This document shows positions 31,043 to 43,990 of a stretch of DNA of 64,000 bases, one piece after another. A program made the translations under genes and the position numbers. How positions within the stretch are numbered: position 1 is the stretch's first letter; each line of letters starts with the position of its first letter. Source of the stretch: Paramecium tetraurelia (Eukaryota); contig CT868296.1 in NCBI GenBank assembly GCA_000165425.1, positions 248,001-312,000 on the forward strand. Direction: 5' to 3'. Below the pieces are notes generated by a model. The model was not told the origin of the DNA. It did not search any database and was given only the letters and a program-made list of their open reading frames with translations.

Positions 31043-31392
31043 ATGGGCGTAAGAGTCACATATCGTAGAAGAACCAGCTATAACACAAGATCAAATAAGA
31101 TCAGAAAGGTCAAGACTCCAGGTATTTAAATCCATCTACTCTAGGTGGCAATGTTGTGGCTTAATATCCCAATAAAAAGACTAGCGCATCAACATGTGCA
31201 GATTCTAATTTGAGTGTCGTCTTGAATGGTCTCAAAAGAATCAGACCAACAAAACTCAAATAACTTGCTAGAAGATAAAGAACAGTCTCAAGACCATATG
31301 GAGGTGTCCTCAGTGCTGGAGCATTAAAAAATCGCATCATCAGAGCATTCCTTGTTGAGGAGGTTAAGATCGTAAAATAAATCAAAAAGTGA
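31043..31392 (+). CDS. RPL34: 60S ribosomal protein L34 (eL34)
   Basis: [52 protein letters not shown]; one intron. Confidence 0.96.
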
Positions 31393-31740
31393 TTAATAAT
31401 ACATTAAAATTTATCTATGAGATTACATGGTTGCTTTTAACAAATTAATTAAATAATTTCAGCTTCAGCAAAGTATAAAATAACAGAATATTATAAAATT
31501 GTCTTTAGGCTATATTACTAGAAATAAATTAGATAAGGAGATTAAGAATTATCTAAATATATATCAAGTTTTAAAAGAAATAAATTTATTTTTTTGCACA
31601 CTCCCAAATTTAGTTAGGAAATTCAATGGAATATGGGGATCTTGGAATATAAATTATATAAAAATATATGAGAATGCTAAGAATGAGCATAGAATAACAA
31701 TATTGATTAAATTTACTATTATTTATTTTTATTAACGATT

Positions 31741-33939
31741 ATGATAAGCAAAATGATAATGGATCGTTAGAAAAAAACATAAAATATAGATGAGAATGAA
31801 TTGGATTCTTTCAATCGCTATTTGCAGAGGGATAATCAACCTTTAAATTTAGGCACCCAACTCTCTTATTCTAAAATTAAAGTAAATGTTGGAATGCCTG
31901 TGATAACGGAATAACAAAATGAAACTCTAGGTAATACTCATCAATCAACTGTATAACAAAGCAAAAATGCATCACCCTAAAAGAAGGGCATTGGAATGGA
32001 AGATATAAGACTGAACATTAGAATAGTTTTCAAATTTTATGCAAGTTTTGGAAATAGAAACAATACTAGATTTTTGAAATCAAACAAATTTATTAAAATG
32101 TTATCTGATGCTCAAATAATGCCGTAATTATTGTCAAATCGAGATTGTGATATTCTATATGCCTAACAAACTAAAAATAATGAAAGCCTCACACTTGAAC
32201 AATTTTAAAACTTAATACCGAAATTAGCTATGATTCTCTACCCCTAACAAAAAGTTCACTAAGCATTTCAAAAATTATATAATGAATATCTCTCATAGTT
32301 ATCTTAAAAAATATTAAATTTTACTGAATTTGGACAATAAATTCAGTTCGTACTCCAACCAATAAGCAATGAAATTAAAGAATTCATAGAACCCATTTAA
32401 TAGTAATTGTCTAATTTACATAAATTTATTTTTGAAGATCAAAGCACTAACCTAAGCAAAGTGTAATGGTAATTTATGTAATTCTTAACTCAATGTGAAA
32501 TATTGCCTAATTATATAAATTAATCTTAAGCACAAATCATTTTTGATAATATACAAATAAGATAGCAAACCCTAAATCTATAAGAAAGTGGAAATTACTT
32601 ATTTAGTTTGAATAATTTTGTTGAAAGTTTGATAATAATTTCAAAAACAGTTCCAAATTTAGATGAATTTACTCAATTTAGGTTGCTACTTGATAAAATT
32701 GAATAGTCTGAAGGCTTTAGTTAATATTTAAGAAAGCTAAACAGAACATAAAGTGACAAAGTGAGATTATTTTATAACATAGAAAAAAGTAGAGTCTATA
32801 AATAAGAGAATCTAATCCAATAAAGTTAAATGATATCAAACACATAAAATAATTTGAGTCATACTAATATTTAAAACATATAAATTGCAAACACTAATAA
32901 GAAGGTTGATGAGAGCAGGGTTAATGTTTCAATGTTGAGACAATCTAAATATTTGTCAGATATAGATCAATCTTACATTTCTTCATTGAAAAAGCTATTT
33001 GAGTTCTTTGCATAAAGTGGAGAACCTAGCAATATTTAATCATTGAAAAATACAAAATTCAATAAATTGTTACTACACTCAGGGATTTTGAATAATTTAA
33101 TTACTATAACTGATTCCGATATGATCTATTCAAAGTTATGTGGCCTTTAATCTATTAAAACTCAATAAAAGAATAAATAATTGACAAATGGCAAAATGAC
33201 TTTTGGACAATTTCAAATTAGTTTGGCAATCATAGCTGAAAAATGTGGTATGGATGTAAACGAACTAATTCAATAAAATATCCTACCTTTAGAGAAATAA
33301 ATTTCTGATGACAATAAGGAGTAAATCCTTTAAGTTTTAGTTGATCTATTACAAGATGAATAAATTGTATATAAATCATATAATAATAATAGATTTAACT
33401 ATACGAGATGATTTAATCAGTCTTTGATTGGTATTTTTAAGAATATGCAAAATAATAAAGTTCAATATTGTACTTATCAGAGTTTTTGAAATTTTGTTAA
33501 GACTTTGAACTTTCCAATATTTTAATATCGTAAACTCAATTGACATCAATATTTTACTCTGTAGCATCACTTAATTAAGAAGGCTAAGAATACTCAGACT
33601 AGGTTTTCCTTGATAAATCATAATTTGTAGAAGCCATCAGTATCATAGCCATTCAAATTTATTCTACAATCCCAAATAACATCTAAAGAGTACAAATTAT
33701 ATCTAATTATTAGATTGTATATCTGCTGGAAAGAATATTTTAGTCTCAAAATGCTTCAAAAATTTATGTTAAGCAAAACAAGTATACATTAATCAATAGA
33801 AAATAGGTTATAAGCTAGATTTTAGAATGTTATTGAGGAGATTAAATATAGATTTTTAGAAAAAGATAAAATACGTTAGGAGGAGGAACAATATAATTTT
33901 GATGATTTAGTAAATGGAACTGTTTAATAATTTTAATGA
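31741..33939 (+). CDS. Protein with two p25-alpha (TPPP)-like domains
   Basis: VFKFYASFGNRNNTRFLKSNKFIKMLSDAQI..DCDILYA..LTLEQFQNLI and LFEFFAQSGEPSN..LKNTKFNKLLLHSGIL..TDSDMIYSKL..MTFGQFQISLAIIAEK. Confidence 0.7.
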
Positions 33940-33947
33940 TTTTATTT

Positions 33948-34936
33948 TCAGAATAATTCATTAATTAAGTCTTTCAATTCTAAAATTGTACTTTCTTATT
34001 ATTTCTCTTTAACAGGAAACTCTAAATTATATGATTCTTCTGGTAAAACGGGTTCTTACACTTCATGATAAACATCTTTTAGATTTATCTTTCTATACTT
34101 TCCAGAGATAATCATCCTACTCACTTTTTATCTCTCTTTCTATTCTTATAATGAGTGTCCAAATTATGTAAAAGAAGATTTTGGTAAAATTGTATTACTT
34201 ATGATGCCAGCAGATCTTGGAGGATTTTAGAGATTTCGAGAACATTAGCTACAAAATACGTCAGTTTTTTAAGCTTATGGAGTAAGAACTAAATATATGG
34301 GAGTCTAACAACATTTACTACATGGAATCCACTCGGAATCTAAATATAATAATCTAATTATTAACCTGAAAAATAAATGTAAAACTTTTCGGATACTGCA
34401 TGTTGACATATCAGCAAATTTATTTCTTAAATTGTAAGTTCTTTAAATTTGTCCTACACAATATTAAGAACTGACAATCTTCTCCTGTCTCCAGGAGGTA
34501 GAGCTTTGAGCTTGTTATTCATTACATTATGAAGAATAGTGCGATAGTTTGCTAAATGTGTTATCAAGTGCATTACTTTTGAGAAAGTATATTTTCATAT
34601 ATCGTTTACTTTATTTTGTTTCCATCTCATTATTATTTAATTACTCAGAAAACAGTATATTTGGTTATCTTTAAGTTTGTGAAGTTGCTGCTCTAGGAAC
34701 ATGATGAATGGACTTTCCATTATTTAATTTTAATTACTTGAGCAGTTGAAGGGTTTTTTTAGAGGCTGAGTTTAAGAAGTAAATGGACGCACTTGCATAT
34801 TGGAGTTATAGCTCTGTACAGGATTAAAGGGGTAATTTTGAAAGACAATTCCCTTCTTTAATTTACCAACTGATTAGGAGTTTGAATGGATAGCATTCTA
34901 ATTGTCTATTTGTGTGCGATAGTAATTATAATTCAT
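33948..34936 (-). CDS. Hypothetical protein with a CxxC..CxxC putative zinc ribbon
   Basis: MNYNYYRTQIDNQNAIHSNSQ low-complexity start; later CSKCCQTP..FCSQCSRNL; ends LKDLINELF. Confidence 0.6.
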
Positions 34937-35566
34937 ATTAATTTAATAACTTAAAATTATTATATGCTTAATTTTTCTATTAATGCTTTAATTAATATGA
35001 AATTGCTTACAAGCAAACTAATTATCCTTATTTAATTTTGAGATCATTTTTATTTACTTTATATTTAACTTTAAAACAACAAAATAAATATTCATATTAT
35101 TAATTATCTTGTTTCTGAAAATCTATTTAAACAAAAAACCAAGTGCAGAAAAAGTCTTAGATATTTGCTTAATAGTTTAACTAAGGAAGTATTAATTTTT
35201 ATTTTCTGGAAATGATTAGTTTTATATTCCTACATTGAAAGTTATTGACATATTTGATTGTCATTATATCTCTTTCTAGAGTAACTTTCCTTATTAACCT
35301 ATTTTGATATTCGAACTATTAAATTTATGACTTAAATTTTCTAAAATGATTTTATTAAAAGATTCAATTAACAGGATTTGATAATAATTCGTCTTTATTA
35401 ATTATATTTTAAGAATTTAATTATTTTTATAGCTTTTAAATTCGATTTTAGTCCCTCATTAATTAAGACTGATATATAACAATGTTTCATTCTAAAAAAC
35501 GTTAATGAAGTATTAAATTTAGTTTAAATAATGAGTTTTTATGAAATAATTATAACAATAAATCAA

Positions 35567-36536
35567 CTCATAATATTTAAGCAATTAATATGGCCATAAT
35601 TTCTACAAACTAAACATTCGATCTAATCTAAAAAATTGTGTAAATTGTAAATCAAAATTCCGCAATCTTACTCTTTATGAGTGTTTTTCCCACAGTTTAT
35701 ACATTATTATAATCTTTGTTAAAACTACATGTTTATATTTATGGATTACCTTACAATCTTATTTTCTATGACCCATTTGATTGCATCTAAAACAAGAAAC
35801 ATTAGAGCATATGTCTCCGACATGTTTATAACTTAAACAATAATTGCATTATATGTTTAATTACTCAGTACATTATCTTTCTTAATGTCCAGTCTACTTA
35901 CATCTATAGCAGTATTCAAATGGATTTTATTAGTAGTATCTATTGGCACCTAATTCTAATTCATCTTTTAAATCTTATCTATAATATTTAGATGTTATTG
36001 ATACTTTAAATTATCATCTTACATTTTATTTGTATCATCATCATTTTAAATTTACAGTGATTAAGAATTTAGTTTTTATATTTTTTCATTCAAATTTTTC
36101 ATTGAAGTCATTTTTTTTTATCCATTCAATTCATATTCTATCAAGTAATCTCTTTTAGGTGGATTGATATCAAAAATAAAATCTAGAATTTTGGTCTAAG
36201 ATTTTATTTGTTTATTTTTTGATTTAGAATGAGAAGGTAATGATAATAAACTATCAGATTCACTTGAACTAGTAATTGACTAAAAACTAGAACTTGTAGA
36301 AGATGAACTACTACTACTGCTGCTACTACTACTACTACTGCTTTTCTTTCTCTTTTTCTTATTGTTATATTTCTTTTTTTGTTCATATTTTTATTTTTAT
36401 TTTGAAATTCTTATTTCTTATTTTTTGTATTCCTACCATAATTCTTCTAATGCATCTAATTTTATTTATTACTTCATTAAATATTATATACTTAAATGTG
36501 ATAATCCAGAGTGTATTTATCCTGCCAAATAGACAT
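35567..36536 (-). CDS. Hypothetical Lys/Ser-rich protein (3' end approximate)
   Basis: MSIWQDKYTLDYHIQ start, Lys-rich stretch, poly-Ser tract encoded by an (AGT/AGC)n repeat at about 36307-36342. Confidence 0.55.
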
Positions 36537-36574
36537 TTTAAAATAAATTATTATATATTTAAAATTAAATTAAA

Positions 36575-38010
36575 TCAATTGTTAGCTGCACGATGAAATT
36601 TGATATAATTAACATTCTCTTCTTCATCCTAATCCTAAACTTGTTCTTCTAAGGGTCTTAGGTCATAGATTTAATTTTAAATTTATTCACTTCTTTCAAA
36701 ATCTCTAGTTAATGCAAGATTGAGTCTACAAATCTATTATTCATTGTTGGAAACTCTTTACTCAAGGGCTTATAAAGTCCTACACTTAAATGAGATAAAA
36801 ACCTTGTAATTAATTCCAATTAACCACTGATATTGTCTAATTGAGTGATAACTTCAGCTGGAACATCCTCTTTCTATAATTATACACTTTAGTTAAATTC
36901 ACTCTTCTTGTGTAAACTATTATCTGCATTAGAATATAGAACAGTTTCCTTCTATTTAGGTAATTAACTATTAGTTTATTAAACATTTTCTTTTTATTAT
37001 GAAGATTGTTATTATCCTTATGTTAATGACTGTTGAGTGGGTTTAGATTTTACTTGCTTAGGTTTTTCATCTAAAGATTCTTGACCACTGCAAACCCAAT
37101 TAGTATTCCAAACTAAAATCATACTATCGGATCCTCCAGTAGCAAAGTAATCTCCATGATTAGAGAATGCACAAGTGGTAGCTTAGCCATTATGACCATA
37201 AAGAGTATAAGCCAATTTTCCCATTCTAAGATCCCATACTTTGACCTTACTGTCAGCTCCAGAAGTCATAGCAAATTATCCAGATGGATGAAATTTCAAA
37301 TCCAAGACTGAATCTGCATGAGCATCATAATGTTAGATAACTCTCTTTGATCTTACATCAAACAATTTCAATTTTTTATCATGAGAACATGATCCCAATA
37401 TTGTTGAATCTGGTGAGAATTGAACCTTATAGACTACTCCAATGTGTTCATTATATCTTTAAGCTTCTTTTTTTGAATCACAATCCCAAATAATAACTGC
37501 TCTATCATCACCTCCTGATGCTATCAATCTAACATCTTATGAAAACACTGCACTCCTAACCCAATTTGTATGCTGGAATCCATATTGGAATTTACGATCA
37601 TTAACACTCCAAACTTTGACAGATTTATCATCACTTGAACTCACTAATAATTAACCATCACAAGAAAATTGAACGCTTCTGACTGGAGCTGAATGTGCCT
37701 TTATTGATACTGAACTTCCTTCAACTGTATTATTCCAAAGTCTTATAGTCTCATTCTTTAGCACAAGATGCAATCAATAGTCCATTTGGAGAGAATTGAA
37801 CATCACTTACTTAGCCTTTATGACCCATAAATCTATAGACCTTCCTTGGTTATTTCAATTACCACACAGACACTACACCATCATTGGCACTTGATGCTAT
37901 TGATTTTCTACTATATAATTATTAACATACAATCCAGGATGAAATGATAATGCTGTAATAGTATCCTTATGTCCTTTTAGAGTTGTAAATAATGTTGGGT
38001 CGTCTTACAT
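36575..38010 (-). CDS. POC1: POC1 centriolar WD40 protein (apparent +1 frameshift at about 37754)
   Basis: DPTLFTTLKGHKDTITALSFHP..YRFMGHKG..KAHSAPVRSVQFS..HTNWVRSAVFS..YTLYGH; C-terminal Poc1 motif LDNISGQLELITR|TLQALEQRVS. Confidence 0.9.
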
Positions 38011-38298
38011 TTCGTTTAATTTAAAATTCAAATTATATAATTAATTCATTTTGTATTAACTAACATTAAAAGACTATTATTGATTCTATTGAATCCCTTC
38101 TATTTATCTATCCATTCATCAGTATATCTAGTATATATCACTTCTTCCTTTCAATTATATACAATTGTTAATAACTAGTATAATGGACTAAATAATAAAT
38201 TTAATAATAAAGTTAAATAGTCTCTGATAAACAATAGAAGGATTTTGTGTGAATATATATTAATAATATTACTACCATTGTGCAGAATTATTAAATTT

Positions 38299-39717
38299 AT
38301 GTCATAGAAGAAGAACGATTGTGAATTGATTTTAATCGATCCTTCAGATGAAACAGAAATTAAACCAATGAAAATCTTAAAAAAGATTGTTACCAATGCT
38401 GGTGGAGTAAGATATCTAGTAGAGTACAGCAATAATGAATAGAAGCAAGAAACTGAAAAATATATGAAGGAGAACTATTAGGAATTGATAGAAGATTATA
38501 ATTATTTCTCTGTTTGTGGTAGCAGATTTGATTAATTAACTTTGTAGAAAATGAGAGAAAATAATAACAAGATGTAAAATTTTGAGAATCATGCTAAATT
38601 ACCTATTATTCCTACTGATGAAAACTACCCAATTTTTAAAAGGCAAAAAAAAATTGATAAGTAAAATGAAAAAAATGTCAAGTCCAATATATTACCATTG
38701 CCTTAACATTAACAATAATAGTTGTAGTAGCAATTATTAGTTTAATAATCACAGAATTAGTAGCAATAGCAAGTTTAATTACAAAATAATTTGAATTAGA
38801 ATGAAAAACATTTAATCAAATAATAATAAGTCCAAAATTAAACCTTACTTTAATTTTAATCAGATTAAGGAGATAAAATTAAATCTATCACTTTAGAAAA
38901 TGGATTGTTTCTGGTTTAATGGATACCCAGACCCGATGGAACTACACCTTATCAAGAATATTATCATTATGACTTTCTTAAGGCAACAGCTCCTACTATT
39001 TTATTATCATTCTTAGAGCAAGAATTCTTAAATAATGATTTAAAATTTAAAAATCTCAAGCGACATTCTTTTCTAAATTCAAATTAAGAAGCTAATTAAA
39101 ATGAGGATAATTAACAAAATAAAGATACTCTACATAATAATGTTACTTAATAAGTTAAAAATTAAGAAATTATTGAACCCTAAAAAGAAGTATTAAAGGA
39201 TGATAAGTTGAATAAAAAGGATGTCTTTGAAGAAGTAAAAGAACAAAAGGATAATTCTAAAGATATTCTTATAGATGATATTTCAGTCGATGAAGGCTAA
39301 GAAGTAATTCTTGATGAAAAGTAAACTTCTGAAAAAGAAAAGAAATAGTAATAATAAAAGAAAGGCATTATTCCTACTAGTAAACCTTAAGGATCTACTT
39401 AAAAATAAAGAAAACCTACATTAGAAAAAGCGTAAGAAGTACTTACAATTGATAAAGCACAAGGGAAACCTGATGAAAAGTTATCGTAAATAGAAAAACA
39501 AATACCCAAGTAATAAGTAACTGTTAGTTAACCAAAATTGGCAAACTAATCATTTCCAGCATAATTTGCATAAGCTTAAGCCTCAGATGAATTTGAAATA
39601 CTTGGTTCTTTAGATAAACCTGACGATAAATAGAATTAAAATTATGAAAAAGAACTTGAAGAATGTTATTCTGATGTTGATTTACCACATTTTTAATTTA
39701 ATTAAAGTGATTTATGA
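38299..39717 (+). CDS. HP1-like protein: degenerate chromodomain + chromo-shadow-like domain + acidic tail
   Basis: KPMKILKKIVTNAGGVRYLVEYSNNEQKQETEKYMKENYQELIEDY and IKSITLENGLFLVQWIPRPDGTTPYQEYYHYDFLKATAPTILLSFLEQEF, separated by a Q-rich hinge. Confidence 0.6.
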
Positions 39718-40711
39718 TAATTGTATAATTTATATTAATAGTCAGAGAGTTTATATAAATCCAGAATATAATTATATCAAATATATAAAAATTTAAAATT
39801 TATTTAATTTAAGCAAAGCAATTTTATTATTAATTAGTCTGCCAAGGATTATTTGAAATCAAATTCTTTATTGATTATAAGAATTATATTAGATAAAATA
39901 TAATATATAAATAGAATTAATTATTAAAGAATTCATAAAATCTTTTAAACAGTAATTGATTCAAGATTATATATACACTATAAAGTTAGAAATTAGGATG
40001 TGTTTTAGTAGTTCATCAAATTATTTAATTTTTAGTAAAATAGTCAAGAAAACTGAAATAGATATTTAGAAGATTGTTAATTTTTAAAGTATTCTAAACC
40101 TTTATTAGATAATCGAATGATTGTAATCTGATTATAACTTTAATTTTAAGTTGAGAAGTGTAGAACTCCATAATATAAGTACTTGTATCATTTTATGAAT
40201 GAATATAATAGATTGAGTTTAATTTATTCTTCAACAAACCATTTAGCAATTGATATTTTAATATAGATAGTAAACATCTGAATTCAAACAGAATAGAATT
40301 GATTATTTTTTAAAATCATCAAAAGTATTTGTATATTGAGAGATGCTTATTATCTAAGGGAAGTATTACTTTAGATTAACTAAATTATTGTAATTTGAAT
40401 ATACAATCGATTTTAATATATATTTCTTCATCCTTCTATATTATTTAAAATCTTTGAGAATAATGTATATTTTTTCTTGGATTACATATGTATTTTTCCT
40501 CAATTTCATTAGCTTAGTGAGAGTAGTAACAAGTGATTTCGATTATAAGATGCATCTAAGTCTCTGACTCTGAAAAGTGAGGAAAATTGTGATACAACAG
40601 AATTCTAATTTGATAGATTCCTTATGTGGAGAGATCTGTGTTTGTGAATTTTAGGAGATGAATTAATACTCCGATCTATGTTTTGATCTAAATATATTTA
40701 ATATTTAATAT

Positions 40712-41320
40712 TCATTTGTCTTGGACGGTCTTGATGAGCCATTCCATTCCTTCTTATAAACCTTCTTGAGTTTTGGCTGAACAAGCAACAATAGACCATT
40801 ATCTATCGTTGATTTTATTTAATTTCAAACTATCAGAGATCTTAATTAGATAGAATACTAACCTCATCAGCAGGAAGGGCTTGCACCAAGTCTTATTTAT
40901 TTGCAAATACCAAGAGGGGTACTTTCTTTAATTCAGCCTCTCCAAGTAATTTATCTAACTCTTTGCCTCCCTCTTCCAAACGCATTTGATCAGATGAGTC
41001 GATCACAAACACCAAAGCATCTGTATTTTCATAGAAGTTGCTCCAATATTCTCGAAGTTTCTATAAAGTAGTATTGGAATTACCTCCTAACCTCCCACAT
41101 CCCAAACATTAAGTTTAAATCCCTCGTGTTGCAAATTTTTAATGTTAAAGCCGTGAGTAGGAGCAATTTGATTAATGTCTTCATTTGACAATGCCTTTAA
41201 AATAGTAGTTTTTCCTGCATTATCCAAGCCCAAGACGAAGAATCCTCAATTCCTTTTCTGACTTCTTAATCTTACGAATGATATTAAGCAAACCCTAGAT
41301 AAGCATGAAACTGATACCAT
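40712..41320 (-). CDS. ARL3: ARL3-like small GTPase (apparent +1 frameshift at about 41238)
   Basis: [20 protein letters not shown], then in a shifted frame [54 protein letters not shown]. Confidence 0.88.
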
Positions 41321-41384
41321 CCTTAAAGATTTGTTTTATTATTATATTTATTATTTAATATTTTCCGTTGCATATATTAATAAA

Positions 41385-42282
41385 TCATGGATATAGAGGT
41401 TTATCTTCGCTCAGATGAGAACTCGAAAGATCTGGATGATGTACTTGATAAACAGCTTCTTTGACCCTAAAACCATCAAAATAATAGTATTACCTTCCAG
41501 TTGCCTTGTCCCTGGCAGCAACACGTTTTTTGGCTTCGTTGATCTCAGCTTGAGTAATGTTTGTGTATCTTTCATCAGCCCACATGGTGTCAGGTCTAAG
41601 ATTGTCCCTGTGTCCATCAGCCCAAGTCTTGTCTGAAACATCCTTCACTGTTCTACCCTTGAATGTCAATGAGGATCACATACCTTGTTGTAAGGAGAGA
41701 CCTCTAAAACAGAACGATATTGCAATGTTTGTATGGCCTCGATCTTGTCGAGTTGCTTCTTCTTCTCCTTTAATCCTTCCAAAGCCCATTTTGGACATAT
41801 CGATATAATATTGTCAGCTTCTTCTTGACATTTAGTCACTCCATTCACACTTTGGCATCGTTTGAATTACTCGATCTGTCTCACACAACCTCTGGGAAGT
41901 GCTTGAGCTCTGATTGCCAAGGCTGTGAACATTGGAGCATCTCTATTGCGAATAGGATTTCTAATTACTTTCTAGTTTGCCATCCATGATTGCTGAAGTG
42001 TTATTCACTCAAAGGATCATAGTGAGTTGGGAAAAATACACTCCAATTCACTCTGTTGGGGTAAGGATCTGGAAAGTAGAACCCATTTCCATTTCTAATT
42101 CCCATACCCATACGCTTCTAATTAGGAATTTGCTGCATCGCAAATGGGTTATAGGGAGCGATAGCCCTTCGCCACTTAGACAATGTGTTATTAAGTAAAT
42201 TCTTTTTAACATTCAAGTATGGATAATTAGTCTCATAGTACTCAATATCCAATGGTTGACCGTCTGGGTTATCGTTCGACAT
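41385..42282 (-). CDS. Ciliate-specific mitochondrial ATP synthase subunit (resembles Tetrahymena ATPTT5)
   Basis: FPTHYDPL..LPRGCVRQIEQFKRCQSVNGVTKCQEEADNIISICPKWAL (twin Cys pairs)..LRPDTMWADERYTNITQAEINEA..LYP; match to the Tetrahymena subunit is from memory. Confidence 0.75.
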
Positions 42283-42332
42283 ATATAAAGATTTAATTAA
42301 ATTAATATACTATTTAAAATTAAAAAAGAAAT

Positions 42333-42680
42333 ATGTGCAAACATATACTCAATGCCCAAGTTGCCATCAGAGCTCCCTGTTGCAAGAAGTAAACACTCCC
42401 TTTATTATTAAACAAGATGGTTCGATTGTGCAGAATGTCATTAAGAATTAGAAGACCATCCTCTTTCAAAATGCATTGAAATGATTTTCGCCTGCAAAAA
42501 ATGCAAGAAAGTTTTTCGAAAAGACGTCACAGATTATGATGAATCTGATGAGTATTGTCCACAGTAAATCCAATCATTATTCTATCTAGTTGTGATAACC
42601 ATTATGTTATCAAAGCAGTCACTCAAGAGTCCAAAGAAATTTAAAAGTTTGAGAACTTAGTTAAGGAAGTCAAATAATGA
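42333..42680 (+). CDS. CHY zinc-finger protein
   Basis: MCKHILNAQVAIRAPCCKK|WFDCAECHQELEDHPL..FACKKCKKVFRKD..EYCP|CDNHYVI; 2 tiny introns. Confidence 0.9.
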
Positions 42681-43128
42681 ATAAGTCTTGTTCTGTTTTA
42701 TTTTATTAATAATATTTTGGTTACTTTTGGTTTCGATAAAAATAGCTTATAAAATTCTCATGCTTATTTCTTCTATTTTTATTTTTATTTAAAATGCATT
42801 AGGTGGTTACATATTTCAAGTATGAATTTTAGGGATAATACTTTACAATAATATTATTTTCTTTTTATTTAATATTTGATGTTTTAATTATTTTTAGTTT
42901 AATTTTAACTATAATGTGGATTTTAAAAAGAAAATAAAACTAAAGCCTTTTTGTTATTGACAATAGGTAATTATCTTATTATTATTCCATAATTCAATTA
43001 TATAACTTATACATCTATAAATAAACAAAAAGTAAATTAAATATATGGAAAGTATAAAGTATATAGATTTCGATTATTTTAATAAGAATTATGGTAATTG
43101 AATTGAATTAATTTGAATATTATTATTA

Positions 43129-43819
43129 ATGTCTTATCATTATTTGTTTAAGTTTATCATCATTGGAGATACAGGTAATACTCATATGATAAAAATGAAG
43201 CTGTTGGAAAATCATGCATTTTGTATTAATTTTTGGAATAGAAGTTTCGAGTGAAACATGAAATGACAGTGGGAGTTGAATTCGGTGCCAAGATTCTAAA
43301 CTTAGAGAACAAATAAATCAAATTATAAATTTGGGACACTGCTGGATAGGAAACCTTTAAATCTATCACCAGATAATATTATAGATCAGCTGCAGGTGGA
43401 ATTTTAGTATATGACATCACAAGAAGAGAGTCATTCGAAAACGTTAGAGAATGGATAAAAGAATGTCGAACACACGGGACACAGGAAATGGTGATAGTGT
43501 TAGTTGGAAATAAAGTCGATTTAGAAAAACAGTATAATATTCATAATATAAATGGCGTAAAGTTTCGAAATCTGAAGGACAATAGTTAGCCTACGAAAAC
43601 AATTTGCTTTTTATTGAAACGAGCGCTAAGGATAATTTGAACATTATTGAAGTAATTTTTAAACTAACTCAATAGACATTCTCATAGGCAGCAGCACAAG
43701 TATTGAAAGTTGTACAGAAGAGTCAGCAAAAGAATGAACTTCCAGGAGTCCGAGTTGGATATGCAATTGACTAGACGAAAGGTTAATAAAGTAGTTAAAG
43801 TTCAAATAAATGCTGCTGA
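43129..43819 (+). CDS. RAB2: Rab2-like small GTPase
   Basis: [67 protein letters not shown], C-terminal CC. Confidence 0.9.
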
Positions 43820-43990
43820 TATTATAATTAATTTATATATATCGTTATTACACAGAAATAAAATAATTTAAATTGGATCAATAATTCTATCTTAGTTAAA
43901 CCTAATCAATACTCCCCAAATGGTTTAATCTTTAATCCTTATTTAGAATTGACTCTTAGTATTAATTATTAATTTATTTTTAAAATAAAA

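Noticed and set aside
36300..36420. (ACT/GCT)n and T-rich repeat as a mobile or regulatory repeat
   Set aside because: Encodes poly-Ser and Lys-rich low-complexity protein on the minus strand
37748..37760. Euplotes-style programmed +1 frameshift at POC1 (AAA GAA TGA)
   Set aside because: The Euplotes signal is typically AAA-TAR and this is not a Euplotes code; the ARL3 lesion has no similar context, so error or mutation is simpler
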